This document shows positions 51,162-62,019 of a DNA stretch of 64,000 nucleotides, one piece after another. This DNA is from Candidatus Marinacidobacterales bacterium (GTDB lineage: Bacteria > Acidobacteriota > Vicinamibacteria > Marinacidobacterales > DATDRI01). The stretch lies in the NCBI GenBank assembly GCA_965226495.1, contig OZ245365.1, forward strand, positions 2,432,001 to 2,496,000. The letters are read 5' to 3'. Every line of letters begins with the position of its first letter. Positions within the stretch are counted from its first letter, which is position 1. The notes below the pieces were generated by a model that ran no database searches, was not told the origin of the DNA, and was given only the letters and a program-made list of their open reading frames with translations. The position numbers and the translations under genes were made by a program.

Positions 51162-52019
51162 ATGGCAGCTCGTCCCAAGGACTTGAACGGACACCTGGCT
51201 CTCTACCCCTATCTACAGAAGGAGCTTCCGAACGAGGATTACTGGCTATTTCAAATGCTGGCCTCGCGACTTGTGACCGCGTTTGGCATCTGGCTACCTA
51301 AGGAGGTCTACGCCCGCTTTCCAATATTGCTTCCCCATGTCATTCGCGCCGAGTCCGCCAATGGAGGAGGGAAAGCAGAAACCTCGGGTTCTCCTGATAA
51401 GAACGGGTACCTGCTGGACACTAACATCCTGATCAGAAATCTAGTCAAATCTCTTCCTTTCGATTCGCCACGAAGTCATTATCAGGGCCGTCGCATCGGC
51501 AGCGCACCTGGATGGGTGGCTGCACACGTGTGGCAAGTCAGGGAAGACGGGCAACGACCGACTCGCCATCACGTCACGAACTCCTTCGTGCCCAATCTCG
51601 TTTGGTTACCCAAAACTCTCGCGACACTCAGTGACCACAACCCGTTTGTTCAACAATATCTTCAGGCGCTCTCGCACAAGATCTATTCTGGGGTAGAGCA
51701 GCGTCAGGCCATGAAGAAAATCACGGCAAATGCGTGGCGCCAGTTGGAGATTCCGGAGATTCCTCCAGATGGACTGCCGGATCCCTCCAAGCTTAACTAC
51801 TTTGCGCTAGATGATGTTTGGCTTCAGAAACTGAGGTCAGGCGTCGCTGACGTTTTGAAGTCTCTTGAGCGCACCTCTCGCCGTAAGGAACCCGTCGAAA
51901 CCCTCCTACCTAAGAGATATCGAGATGGGCTGCGAGAGCTTGGGGGCAAAGCGACTGTTGAAATCCGTGCTTGGCTCAAGGAGTATCGTGACGCACTAGA
52001 TAGTGCGGCTCGGCCGTAG
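51162..52019 (+). CDS. hypothetical protein, possible HNH-like nuclease
   Basis: GGAG RBS; WVAAHVW..NSFVPNLVWLP..SDH resembles a beta-beta-alpha-metal motif. Confidence 0.6.
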   Translation: MAARPKDLNGHLALYPYLQKELPNEDYWLFQMLASRLVTAFGIWLPKEVYARFPILLPHVIRAESANGGGKAETSGSPDKNGYLLDTNILIRNLVKSLPFDSPRSHYQGRRIGSAPGWVAAHVWQVREDGQRPTRHHVTNSFVPNLVWLPKTLATLSDHNPFVQQYLQALSHKIYSGVEQRQAMKKITANAWRQLEIPEIPPDGLPDPSKLNYFALDDVWLQKLRSGVADVLKSLERTSRRKEPVETLLPKRYRDGLRELGGKATVEIRAWLKEYRDALDSAARP

Positions 52020-52045
52020 CGACTACAAGGGCTCCTGCCTCGGGC

Positions 52046-52972
52046 TCACGAACCAGCACCCTCGTGCAGCTGCTCCGCATAAGCCACAATCTGGTCGCGC
52101 ACGGCTAACTTGCCGCGCCAGGATTTGGGAATCCCCTCCTCCCCGTAGTAGGCACCCGCGAGTTGGCCATAGACCGCGCCCGTTGTATCGGCGTCGTCAC
52201 CGAGATTGACAGCAAGTAGACATCCGTCTTGGAAAGACTCGCTCTGATGAAAGGCCCAAAGGGCCGCTTCGAGGGAACGGACCACATAGCCGGTACCTTG
52301 GATCTGCAGTGTTTCTTTGCTCTTGAAGGAACCTGCGGCGATCTCATCAATCTCGCGGATTAAATGGCGCTTGTCCCAGAGGCCGGGCACGGGAGTGTAG
52401 CGCTCCGAGAGCAACTGGTCTTTCGACTCGCCCGAGAGGGCGCCGACTAGCAAAGCGCCCAAATAACGACAAGCATCGATGCAGACCACGGTGCCATGAG
52501 TTGTTCGGGAGCTCTCCCCGGCTTTCTCGATGGCCCCTCGGGGATCGCGGGAATAGAACATTGGCACCGGTGCGAGGCGCATGATCGAGCCGTTCCCTGC
52601 TGACATCTCTTCCTGGCCGCCCGGGTATGGCTCTCGAGTCTTTTCAAACCGGTGGAGTGCCGCGCGGACGGTGCCGCCAATGTCGAAACAGCGACCGTTA
52701 CTGCTGAGGTATCCCTCTCGGTACCACCTTACGTAGCGCTCGAGTTGATCGATGGGGTCGAACCCCTTTGTTTCAATCAGGCTATCGGCGAGGCAGAGCG
52801 CCATCGACGTGTCGTCGGTCCACTCCCCAGGCTTGAGGTCGAAGGGCCCACCTCCGATGATGTCGTCGATGGGTTCGAAGGAATCTGGACTCCTGAACTC
52901 AAGGGTTGTCCCTAAGGCGTCCCCGACGGCAAGGCCGAGGAGACAGCCGCGATAGCGAGCGTTCGCATCCAT
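52046..52972 (-). CDS. ADP-ribosylglycohydrolase (DraG/ARH family)
   Basis: [21 protein letters not shown] and GDDADTT motifs. Confidence 0.93.
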   Translation of the reverse strand: MDANARYRGCLLGLAVGDALGTTLEFRSPDSFEPIDDIIGGGPFDLKPGEWTDDTSMALCLADSLIETKGFDPIDQLERYVRWYREGYLSSNGRCFDIGGTVRAALHRFEKTREPYPGGQEEMSAGNGSIMRLAPVPMFYSRDPRGAIEKAGESSRTTHGTVVCIDACRYLGALLVGALSGESKDQLLSERYTPVPGLWDKRHLIREIDEIAAGSFKSKETLQIQGTGYVVRSLEAALWAFHQSESFQDGCLLAVNLGDDADTTGAVYGQLAGAYYGEEGIPKSWRGKLAVRDQIVAYAEQLHEGAGS

Positions 52973-53034
52973 AACTCAGGGCCTACTGACGGGCTGAGTC
53001 TTCTTGGCTCCGAAATCCTTCTTCCCCTGCGCGA

Positions 53035-53370
53035 TCAATCGTACAGGACCGCGCCCTCACCGGTGTCCTCCAGCCGCGTAGAGCGGCACTTCGGGCACCG
53101 GGGATTGGCCCGGACGGTGAAGCTTCCGCCACATCGGCAGGACCCTGCGACGCGTTGGAACCTTCGCTCTTCGTTTCGGACCCTCCGCTTGTAGGCTTCC
53201 ACGCTCATACGCTCACCCCGATAGTTGTCTATGCGGATTTGGTTGTAGGCAACGGACTTCTCCTTTCCGCACCGGGTGCAATGGAGGAGCTGGAATGTGA
53301 TGCCTCCGCCCACGTTGATTTCGCAACGGTGCCCGCACTCCTTACACGCTACCTGGTAGCTCCTCCCCAT
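53035..53370 (-). CDS. small multi-cysteine zinc-binding protein
   Basis: CKEC, CTRC, CRC and CPKC; AGGAGG RBS. Confidence 0.7.
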   Translation of the reverse strand: MGRSYQVACKECGHRCEINVGGGITFQLLHCTRCGKEKSVAYNQIRIDNYRGERMSVEAYKRRVRNEERRFQRVAGSCRCGGSFTVRANPRCPKCRSTRLEDTGEGAVLYD

Positions 53371-53702
53371 TTGCGTCCTCCTGCGGATCCCAACCGAAAC
53401 GATTTCTCTGAAACAAGTGCGCTAGGCCTAATTCTGTGGTTTCCACAATTGTGGAGGACAATCGGAGATTTGGCAAAACCGGCCGTCATTGAACGTGGTT
53501 GCCAATCTCAGCCTCGCCAGACGGGACCGCCAGACCCTGTTGAGCGTCAAGATGTGTCGTTGCCAACAACAACCTAACCGGACGCGGGTCCGGAGCGAGT
53601 ACCCAAAAGTAACACTTCACTCTTCGCGCCTATCGCGAAATCTCCCGGCCATTCGAGGGAGGACAGCGGGTCCCAATTTCGTCTCTCTTTTGAGAGAAGG
53701 CG

Positions 53703-53807
53703 ATGGGACACGACCAGCTCTTCAAAGCGATTCTGGAGAAGTTCTTCAAGGACTTCCTGGAGATCAGTTTGCTGGAGCACGAGGGGTTGGGCTACGGCCG
53801 TGCTTAG
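53703..53807 (+). pseudogene. Rpn/YhgA-like protein N-terminal fragment
   Basis: MGHDQLFKAILEKFFKDFLE, then unrelated sequence and a stop. Confidence 0.6.
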
Positions 53808-53939
53808 CGAATTCACAACAACCGTGCTCATCTGTGCGGTTGCCCTCCTTGTCGGCAGCGTCGGTTCTTTATTTCTCGTACGTGTTTCCCTGGGCTCGGA
53901 GTCCGAGGTAGAAGAGCTTCGCTACCGACGAAACGTATG

Positions 53940-54033
53940 GCATGTCAGGCCTGAGGCCTCTCCGGACGGACGCTTTCTCGCCTTCGCGGCCATGACCTTT
54001 TCGGCCAACGTTTGGATGATTGAGGGTTTCTAG
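53940..54033 (+). pseudogene. C-terminal remnant of a TolB-like propeller/kinase gene
   Basis: PEASPDGRFLAF..ANVWMIEGF*, 3 nt before the next kinase start. Confidence 0.5.
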
Positions 54034-54036
54034 AAG

Positions 54037-56640
54037 ATGCCCCTCGCGTCCGGCGCTCGACTCGGCCAATACCAGATCGTCGAACCCATTGGTGCGGGCG
54101 GAATGGGAGAGGTTTATCGCGCGCGAGACACAAAGCTCGAGCGTGAAGTCGCTATCAAAGTCCTACCTGATGAGCTCTCGAAAGATGCCGAACGGCTTTC
54201 GAGATTCGAAAGAGAAGCCAAGCTCCTCGCCGCGCTTAACCACCCGAACGTTGCGACGCTCTACGGGTTCGAAGACGGTTATCTGGTCATGGAGCTGGTC
54301 GAGGGTGACACCCTTGCGGAGCAGATCGCGCGTGGCCCGATTTCCGTGGATGAGGCCCTACCTCTATTTATACAGATTGCCGAAGGACTCGAAGCGGCGC
54401 ACGAAAAAGGCATCATTCATCGGGACCTGAAGCCGGCGAACATCAAGGTCACGCCAGAGGGCAAAGTCAAGATCCTCGACTTCGGGCTGGCCAAGGCCTT
54501 CGCGCCGCCGGAGGCTGAGGTCGATGATTCATCACAATCCCCCACCCTAACCAGAGGCACCGCGCTCGGTGCGATCATGGGTACGGCTTCTTACATGTCC
54601 CCCGAGCAAGCTCGCGGTAAATCGGTCGACAAGCGGACGGACATCTGGGCCTTCGGGTGCTGCCTCTACGAAGCGCTCACCGGAAGGAAAGCATTCCGTG
54701 GCGAGAACGCCTCCGATATCATCGCCAGGGTCATCGAGCGCGAGCCACAATGGCGTCTCCTACCGCCAGAAACGAGCCCCAAGCTGAGAGAACTGCTCGC
54801 ACGTTGCCTGGAAAAGGACCGCCGCCTTCGAAAGCAATCGATTGGAGACACGAGGACCGATCTCGAGCGGATGGGCGACGAGCCCGGCAGCCCGGTCTCC
54901 GAACCGCCCGAGCGAGTACAAGCATATGGCTTCGCGCTCGTCGCTTTTGCGGGCGGTGTCGTCGGCTCTCTTCTCACGCTACTTGTCTTGTGGAGCGTGC
55001 GGTCGAACCCATCGGCCGAAACGATCCGAACGAGCATCAATTTGCCTTCAGGGCAGACGTTCAACGGCCTGAACCCCACGGCCGTCGTCAATGTCTCCGC
55101 CGACGGGCGCGACGTGGTCTATGCCTCAGAAGGAAACTCATTCAAAGAGTTGTACGGCAAATCCACTATGGACTTCGAACCGGGCCCGATCGAAGGCACC
55201 GAAGGCGGGCAGCATCCCTTCTACTCACCCGACGGTCGTTGGATCGCCTTCTTTGCCGATGGCGAACTCCGCCGGGTACCGCACGAAGGTGGTGCTCACG
55301 TACACCTCGCGACGGCGTCCCGCTTCTGGGAGGGCACATGGACCGATCGCGATACCATCCTGTACGGGGGACGCGGCGGAATCGTCGAGATACCCGCCGA
55401 CGGGGGTGAACCGGTGTCGCTTTCCCGGATCGGCGCCGGTGTCACCGCCCACCGCCGCCCACAGCTCCTCCCCGGGGGACGCCACGTCTTGTTGACGATT
55501 ATCATGGAGAACCGCCAGGCCGTGGCTCTACTCGATCTGAATTCTGGATCGATCCACGAGCTTTTCGAAGGCGCGGGTGCTCGATATGCCGAGTCGGGGC
55601 ACCTGGTGTTCGGCCGTGGCAGCTCTCTCTGGGCAGTGCCGTTCGACGGAAATCGGATGGAGATCGCGGGGCAGGAGGCACCAGTTCTCCCGAGTGTCCA
55701 ACGGGATGGATTCGGCACACCGCAGTTCGGCTTGAGCCGCGACGGCACGTTGGTCTACGTTCCGGCCGGACTCGGTACGGAGGGCGAGCTCGTCCTGGCC
55801 GATCGAGCCGGCCAGATCACGCGTCGGCTCCGAAAGCTTTCGGCAGCGGCGTAGATCCCGAGCTTGTCTCCAGATGGCCGGCAGTTGTTGATGGGAATTC
55901 AGGACGCGGTAACCGCAGAGCCCGCGGTCTGGCTGTTCGACCTCGCACGCGGAGGTGGCGGTGCGCAGCTCGTGGGAGGCAGCATGCCGTTCTGGCGCCC
56001 CGACGGTGAGGAATTCGCCTACGCCGGGCTCGGCGGGGAGGTGAAGGCGCGGCAGGTAGATGGCTCCGACGCACCAGAGCTTCTATATCGACCAGAGTAC
56101 TTCACCTGGCCGACCTCGTGGTCGCCCGACGGCCGTTGGCTGGCTGTCACGGAATTTCGGCCTGACACTGGCGCCGACGCACTCGCCGTGTCGACCGACG
56201 ACCCCCAAGAAAGGATCGGTATTGCTTCGACGATTCGCTTTGAGGGCTTTCCCATGTTCTCGCCGGACGGCAAATGGGTCGCTCACACAGCAATTCGCAA
56301 TGGCCTGGAAGACGTCTACGTGAAGGGCTTCCCGGAGGGTGGAAGCTACAAGATCTCGAACAGCGGCGGTACGCGACCGATCTGGAATCGGAAAGGCGAT
56401 GCCATCTACTACACCCTTGGCAACAAAGTGATGTTCGTCGAGGTCGACACGGCCGACGGGTTCAGCTCGTCTCTGCCTCGAGAACTATTCGAAGGTCCGT
56501 ACCGGGCCTTCAACTTCGATGTTTCCCCCGATGGGCAAACCTTAGTGATGGTCGCGTATGATCCGTCGGTCCGTCCGCGGGTTCACTTGGTGCAGAATTG
56601 GTTCGAGGAGTTGAAGCGCCTCGCCCCCACGGATAACTAG
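54037..56640 (+). pseudogene. Ser/Thr protein kinase with TolB-like (PD40) beta-propeller; in-frame TAG at 55852
   Basis: GAGGMG, VAIK, HRDLKPAN and DFG motifs; TM; SPDG repeats continue in the same frame after the stop to QNWFEELKR. Confidence 0.88.
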
Positions 56641-56642
56641 TC

Positions 56643-56724
56643 ATGCCTCTTTCTTCTGGCGCTCGACTCGGGCAGTACGAAATCATCGAGCCCATTGGTG
56701 CGGGCGGAATGGGAGAGGTTTATC
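56643..56724 (+). pseudogene. N-terminal remnant of a further Ser/Thr kinase
   Basis: MPLSSGARLGQYEIIEPIGAGGMGEVY, near-identical to the start at 54037. Confidence 0.75.
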
Positions 56725-56836
56725 ACGTGCGCAGACGAAAGAGAGTCCAATGACACCGGCGCCGATCCCTACGACTTCGGACATCGCGAGGAGTTCTCAG
56801 AGCCTGCTTTTGCGGTCAAGGCAACGTTTAGCACTA

Positions 56837-58195
56837 TCAGTCGACAATTGACTGATACGCCAGGACTCGAAGTTGGTCATGAATCCTGTATCTGTTTTGC
56901 CAGGACGCAAGCTGGGTCATGACGATAACAATCAGCTCTTCTTGAGGGTCTGCCCAAAAATAGGTGCCAAATGCGCCCCCCCAGAAGTACGCCCCCAACG
57001 AGCCCGGTGTTCCCAATTCAACTAGGTCGGTTACGACTCCTAAGTGGAGGCCGTACCCATAGCTTCCGACTCCCCGTCGGACCGGCGGAAATCTACTGAT
57101 GTGATCCACCGTCATCAACTCCACAGTCTTACGGCTGAGAAGCCTGTTGTCGTCCAGCTCGCCCATGTTGAGCAGCATTTGACCAAAACGGGCGTAATCA
57201 GCGGCTGTAGAAACAAGACCGCCCCGGGGAATGAGATAGCGCCTGGGACCATGAATGAAAGAACTTGTGCTTGGCGAGTCAGCTAGTTTCAGTCCTTCCT
57301 CACTCTGGGAATAGACTGAAGTGAAGCGCGATGCCTTCTCCTCCGGAAGAAAAAAGTAAGTATCCTCCATTCCCAGACGTGAGAATATCCGCTCCTCGAA
57401 AAACTCGTCCAAAGGCATGCCCGAGACAACCTCAACCAGATAACCTAGAACATCGGATGACCAGTTGTATCCCCACTGGGTACCCGGTTGAAAGCTGAGC
57501 GGCAACGTTGCCAGTATCTTCACCGAGTCTGCGAGAGACATATCGGGATGCGGCTGGCAGGTCTCGGGTCGAAGGAAGGGCTCAAGTTTCTCCTGGAAGA
57601 GATCTGCAGTGAGCCATCTTTTGTCCTGAGACGTAATTCCGGAAGTATGAGTCAGTAGATCCATGATTGTGATCTCTCGCTTCGCGGGCACGGTTATGAA
57701 CTTTGCACCGCCTTTATCTCCGGGTGGCGGGGGGACGGCCACCTTGGGATTCCGGAATTCTGGAATAAACTTCGATATGGGGTCGGACAGCAGGAAATGC
57801 CCTTCCTCGAACAGCATCATGACGGCAACGGCGGTAATCGGTTTCGTCATCGAGGCAATCCGAAATATGGCATCTGTGCTTATTGGATTACGGGTTTCCA
57901 GTTCCTTCATTCCCAACGCATCCAGATACGCAATTCTCCCCCGCCGCGCGATCAAGATCACGGCCCCGGGAATCTCTTGACGGTCTATGAATCCCTCAAT
58001 AACCGGGCGAATCCGCGCTAGCCGTTCTGCGGACAATCCAACCTCCTCCGGCTTCGCATGAGGCATACCCGGTGTTTTCGCCCTGACATTGTCGGAAACG
58101 GTGAGGAAACTCAGCAGCGCGACTGCCAATAAACTGCGAGTAATTGCCCTTGGCCTTTTTGACATAGTCTGAGCGAACCTCACTTTTGCTGACAT
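56837..58195 (-). CDS. exported serine hydrolase, beta-lactamase class C-like family
   Basis: IASMTK (SxxK), LLTHTSG, PGTQWGY and WGGAFGT motifs; signal peptide. Confidence 0.9.
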   Translation of the reverse strand: MSAKVRFAQTMSKRPRAITRSLLAVALLSFLTVSDNVRAKTPGMPHAKPEEVGLSAERLARIRPVIEGFIDRQEIPGAVILIARRGRIAYLDALGMKELETRNPISTDAIFRIASMTKPITAVAVMMLFEEGHFLLSDPISKFIPEFRNPKVAVPPPPGDKGGAKFITVPAKREITIMDLLTHTSGITSQDKRWLTADLFQEKLEPFLRPETCQPHPDMSLADSVKILATLPLSFQPGTQWGYNWSSDVLGYLVEVVSGMPLDEFFEERIFSRLGMEDTYFFLPEEKASRFTSVYSQSEEGLKLADSPSTSSFIHGPRRYLIPRGGLVSTAADYARFGQMLLNMGELDDNRLLSRKTVELMTVDHISRFPPVRRGVGSYGYGLHLGVVTDLVELGTPGSLGAYFWGGAFGTYFWADPQEELIVIVMTQLASWQNRYRIHDQLRVLAYQSIVD

Positions 58196-58226
58196 GGACC
58201 ACTTTGTTTAACAGAATGTCAGCCGC

Positions 58227-59375
58227 TTAAACCGACCAGATCTCTGACAGCACTCGCTTGAAGTTTCCTCCCAGGATGCCTTCGATGTCAGAATCGCTGT
58301 AATTGCGCCGTATCAGTCCCTCCGTAAGATCGTAAGTGCGTTTCCAGTGATCAAGTCCTTCGATCGTGGGTTTCTCCCGAAATTGATAGGCGGCGGCGTC
58401 CGGATGGCCGCCCGTGAGCTTATTGAGCGTTTCAGCAGTCCAACTGGTTGGGCCTTCCAGATCCAGATCACTGCCGACCCCAAGATATTCAACACCGACA
58501 AGCTTCTTCACATAATCAAAATGATCCAAAGCATGCTCAATAGTCGTTGGCTCCTTATCGCGCACGAAATTCCTGACATATACGATGCCCATCACTCCAC
58601 CAACGGCAGCCATCTTGCGAATGGCCTCGTCGGTCTTGCAACGGGGATGACCCGGCACGAGCGCGCGGCAAGTTGCGTGCGTGATCAATACGGGTTTCTT
58701 TGAGAACTCAAAAGCGTCCAGCGTCGTTTGATCGCCGCAGTGTGCTACATCGACCGCCATCCCAACTTTATTCATACGCTCGACAATCGCTATTCCGAAG
58801 TTACTCAGCCCACAATCCTTCCTCTCGGTCGATCCACTGCCAATCATATTCTGAGAATTGTAGGTCAATTGAGCGACGCGAAGCCCGAGGCTATGGAATA
58901 GGTTGACGTCATCCACTCTCTTGAAAGGATGCCTCTGAAGCCCCAGGAGGACCCCGAATTTGCCGGACTCTTTGACGCGGTTGAGATCCTCGGTGCTGTC
59001 AATTCGCATGAAAAACCGATCGTGGTTGGCAAGAAATCCATTCCAGTTCGTAAAAAAAGGCAATCCCCCACCGCCGGCAATGTTGAAAACGGTGAACCCC
59101 GAGTCTCTAAATCGTTCCCAATCTTCATTCGTGAAACTCTCTGGGTCGCGAAACCATCTCTCCGTAGTGCTTGTGTTATACGTAAGAGGAGAGCACATGT
59201 CGATCACGAATGACCGTTCGACGAGATCTATGGCCCGCGAGGAATACGTGCTTTCCGATCCTGCGAAGAGTTGATAGTTCCCGAGATTGATCATGGGAGT
59301 GCCCAGAAGCGCCCCAGTGGTTCCTCCCATGAGCTTTAGAGCACCCCTGCGTGTCATCTTCCTCTTTTTTCTCAT
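58227..59375 (-). CDS. Tat-exported membrane dipeptidase (M19)
   Basis: TRRGALK Tat motif; QLTYN, DVAHC, ITH, GSD and GGNFKRV motifs. Confidence 0.9.
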   Translation of the reverse strand: MRKKRKMTRRGALKLMGGTTGALLGTPMINLGNYQLFAGSESTYSSRAIDLVERSFVIDMCSPLTYNTSTTERWFRDPESFTNEDWERFRDSGFTVFNIAGGGGLPFFTNWNGFLANHDRFFMRIDSTEDLNRVKESGKFGVLLGLQRHPFKRVDDVNLFHSLGLRVAQLTYNSQNMIGSGSTERKDCGLSNFGIAIVERMNKVGMAVDVAHCGDQTTLDAFEFSKKPVLITHATCRALVPGHPRCKTDEAIRKMAAVGGVMGIVYVRNFVRDKEPTTIEHALDHFDYVKKLVGVEYLGVGSDLDLEGPTSWTAETLNKLTGGHPDAAAYQFREKPTIEGLDHWKRTYDLTEGLIRRNYSDSDIEGILGGNFKRVLSEIWSV

Positions 59376-59655
59376 TCGACAAAACCTCCTTCTGTCGCCT
59401 TGGGACGGCCGCTACGTTGCCCGGGCCGTTGACCCGATCGGTGTGTGAACCGCCGGCGACCATGGGACGTGACGTAGCCGCCGCTAGCAAGGGCAGGGCG
59501 AGACATGGCCGGTCTGCTTGTCACCTACCCGGTAGCCATAGTTATCATGCTATCGGTTCAGGCGCAGCTGGGCTAGAGGAGCCGTACGTCATCGACCAAA
59601 ACTCGACCTTGAAACCGATCTGGATCTCACGACCCGGGAACGGTCCCACCAGGAC

Positions 59656-59895
59656 TCATTCCACCTCAACCATGACGCGCTCGATCGTCCCCGTGAACGC
59701 GAATGGCGGTTCGTAAGTCCAGCTCACCGGTGAGCCCCAGTCCTCGCCGACATCCAGGGTCTCGTCATAGGTGAAGAGCGTCGGCACCGTCTTGTCGATT
59801 CGTCCCTCGGCCACCTGAGTGCCGTTGAGGGACAGGGTGCCCTTCCCTCCCCTTCCTCGGCCGCCTCCGTCGTAAGCGAAGTCGAACCGTGACGA
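59656..59895 (-). pseudogene. arylsulfatase C-terminal domain remnant
   Basis: FAYDGGG..GTLSLNG..ETLDVGEDWGSPVS..PFAFTGTI. Confidence 0.7.
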
Positions 59896-59941
59896 CGAGT
59901 AGGCGGTCCGGGGGCTTGGCAAAGAGACGTTCCTGAACCCG

Positions 59942-61987
59942 CTAGATTATGTCCAGCAATTGCCGGGCTGCTCTTTCGCCTTCTTCTACAGCAATAAACC
60001 AGGCCTGTATGCCAGCCAGTTCGGTGTGTCCAAAGGAGACACGACCGTAGCCCTGGCGAACGATATCACGAGCTACCGGTTTTCCATTTTTCCCGAAATA
60101 GAAACCAGGCTGAGGAGAAACAGCACCATGGCCCCATCGGTTTGCAATTATGCCTGCTATGTCTCTATCCGCATCAAAGCCATGGCTGGCGAACATTGTA
60201 GTCAGCTGCTGTCGAATGTTGTTTTCTATGTCCGCATAGGACATGTTGAACAATCTATTCCGTGCGACAATACATCGCTCCTTTAACGGCATCCCGGAAT
60301 GGGATGAAACACCAAAGAACGGAATATAGAAAGTCAGCATTACCGGCTTATCAGGGTGCAGAGGCGAATGTTCGCCATTTACAATCATCGGAGCGCGCAT
60401 GTCGGCGTACCAGCCAAATCCTTCAAACCATCTGGCAGCCGTTATGCCCAGCTTTTCCATAAATCGCCAATGCCTCAAAGCGACATTTACATTCAGACAT
60501 GGTGCATGATGAAACTGATCCATTGCGGAAATCAGCGTGGATGGTGCATCCCTTAGGACATACTTATTCATCCATTGTCCGCTGGCCATTACTACTCCCT
60601 TGGCTTTAACACGGTATACCTTGTCATTCTTAAGATATAGCACCTCTACTGCTGACGATGATGCGGGAGTACCAACGTGACGCACATCGAGAACAGTTGC
60701 TCCCAGGCGTAGTCGGACGTCTTGACCAGAGCGATCCAGATTATCCTGATTGACCGACCCAAACAGTATGTCACTCATGTTGTGTCGGACGTCTTGACCA
60801 GAGCGATCCAGATTAATTGACCGACCCAAACAGTATGTCACTCATGTTGTGGAATGGCTTCAGGGATCATTTTCTTAACGATATGACGAAGAATTCCTGT
60901 ATTCCCACCAGGGAAACTACCAGCCTCGACAGGAACGTCGATTTTAGGCCTGGACACGGCTTTTGAAAGCAATGCACCCACACCAATTCTTGGGAAGGAA
61001 TGATCAACACCATAGTATGCAGTCGTGACATCACAACCCATTGTTCCACCGGTGAAATACATAGGATCTAAGAAATCGAGGACGCCATCATGTTTTACGC
61101 CAACTACTTTCTGCAAATACTCCTTATAGGTCATACTATCCAGCCATTGCTCCCAGTTTTCGGGAACAGCCCCCTCCCACCTGGAAGTCCCTGACCTTGA
61201 TGAGATCGCGTTTCAAATCCGAAGAGAAGGGCAGATCGCGAAGATCATTTAGCCAGGGATCGACAGCCCAGGTATTCGCATTTCCTTTTACCGGATCATC
61301 AAAGAAATAACCCACATTGGCAATATGTCCACTCTCCAGACGTGGAGTAGTAAAGTTATCCTGACCAAATTTCAATGGCTTGTTGGTGCCTTCGACTTTG
61401 TGATGCCACTTTAACTCATCATCGTTTGCAGGCAATCCCACTTCATACCAAATCGGGTGATTCAGACCAAGCTTCTCCGCCGATGAGGCCGGCCAGGCAA
61501 AGGCGTTCGAGCCCTGGGATCCATATAACCGATAGCCGTCTACCTCCATATCATTTCGCCTGGCTTCGCCACCAAACATATTTTGATTATCGATTACCAG
61601 ACAATTATGTTTACCGGTTTTTTGAACTGTAAAGGCCGCAGTTAAACCAGAAAATCCACCTCCTACTACTACTACATCGACTTCACCCACCTCATGTATC
61701 ACCCCATGCTTCTTCCAATGGCCATCACGTAGTGAATGAGCAGCATTAACCACATCATGTGTATCACCATTTGCTGAAGCGTAATCACCAATACCCCCCG
61801 GTCCGGTCCAGGTCTCGTCCAGTAATTTGTATGACCTATTTTTTGCTGAGCCGACTCTTTGAGCATTTGCGGGTGCCTGCATGCTCAGTAATGCCGCACC
61901 CGCTCCGAGCAAGGTGCCGCCGACAAAATCGCGACGCGTTATTTTTCTGGTCGGATTGCGTGTCTTAGTTTCTTTTTTTTCAGTCAT
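59942..61987 (-). pseudogene. Tat-exported FAD oxidoreductase, spermidine-dehydrogenase-like, frameshifted
   Basis: ITRRDFVGG; VVVGGGFSGL; FGGEARRN; FPGGN; NRWGH; frameshift near 61180 and duplication at 60712-60850; AT-richer. Confidence 0.8.
60712..60850. repeat. tandem duplication (72 bp + 67 bp)
   Basis: gtcggacgtcttgaccagagcgatccagatta..catgttgt twice; the second copy lacks tcctg. Confidence 0.92.
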
Positions 61988-62019
61988 ACTCTTGATCTCC
62001 TTCCAATAACGTTCCTCGA

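Noticed and set aside
55852-55854. TAG as pyrrolysine or programmed read-through
   Set aside because: No pyl genes or supporting signal in the window; a point nonsense mutation or sequencing error is simpler.
59598-59650. TonB-dependent receptor C-terminus fragment (PGREIQIGFKVEF, minus strand)
   Set aside because: Suggestive but too short, and not followed by a stop codon.
60712-60850. CRISPR array or other spacer-repeat system
   Set aside because: Only two adjacent copies of coding sequence, no spacers and no cas genes.
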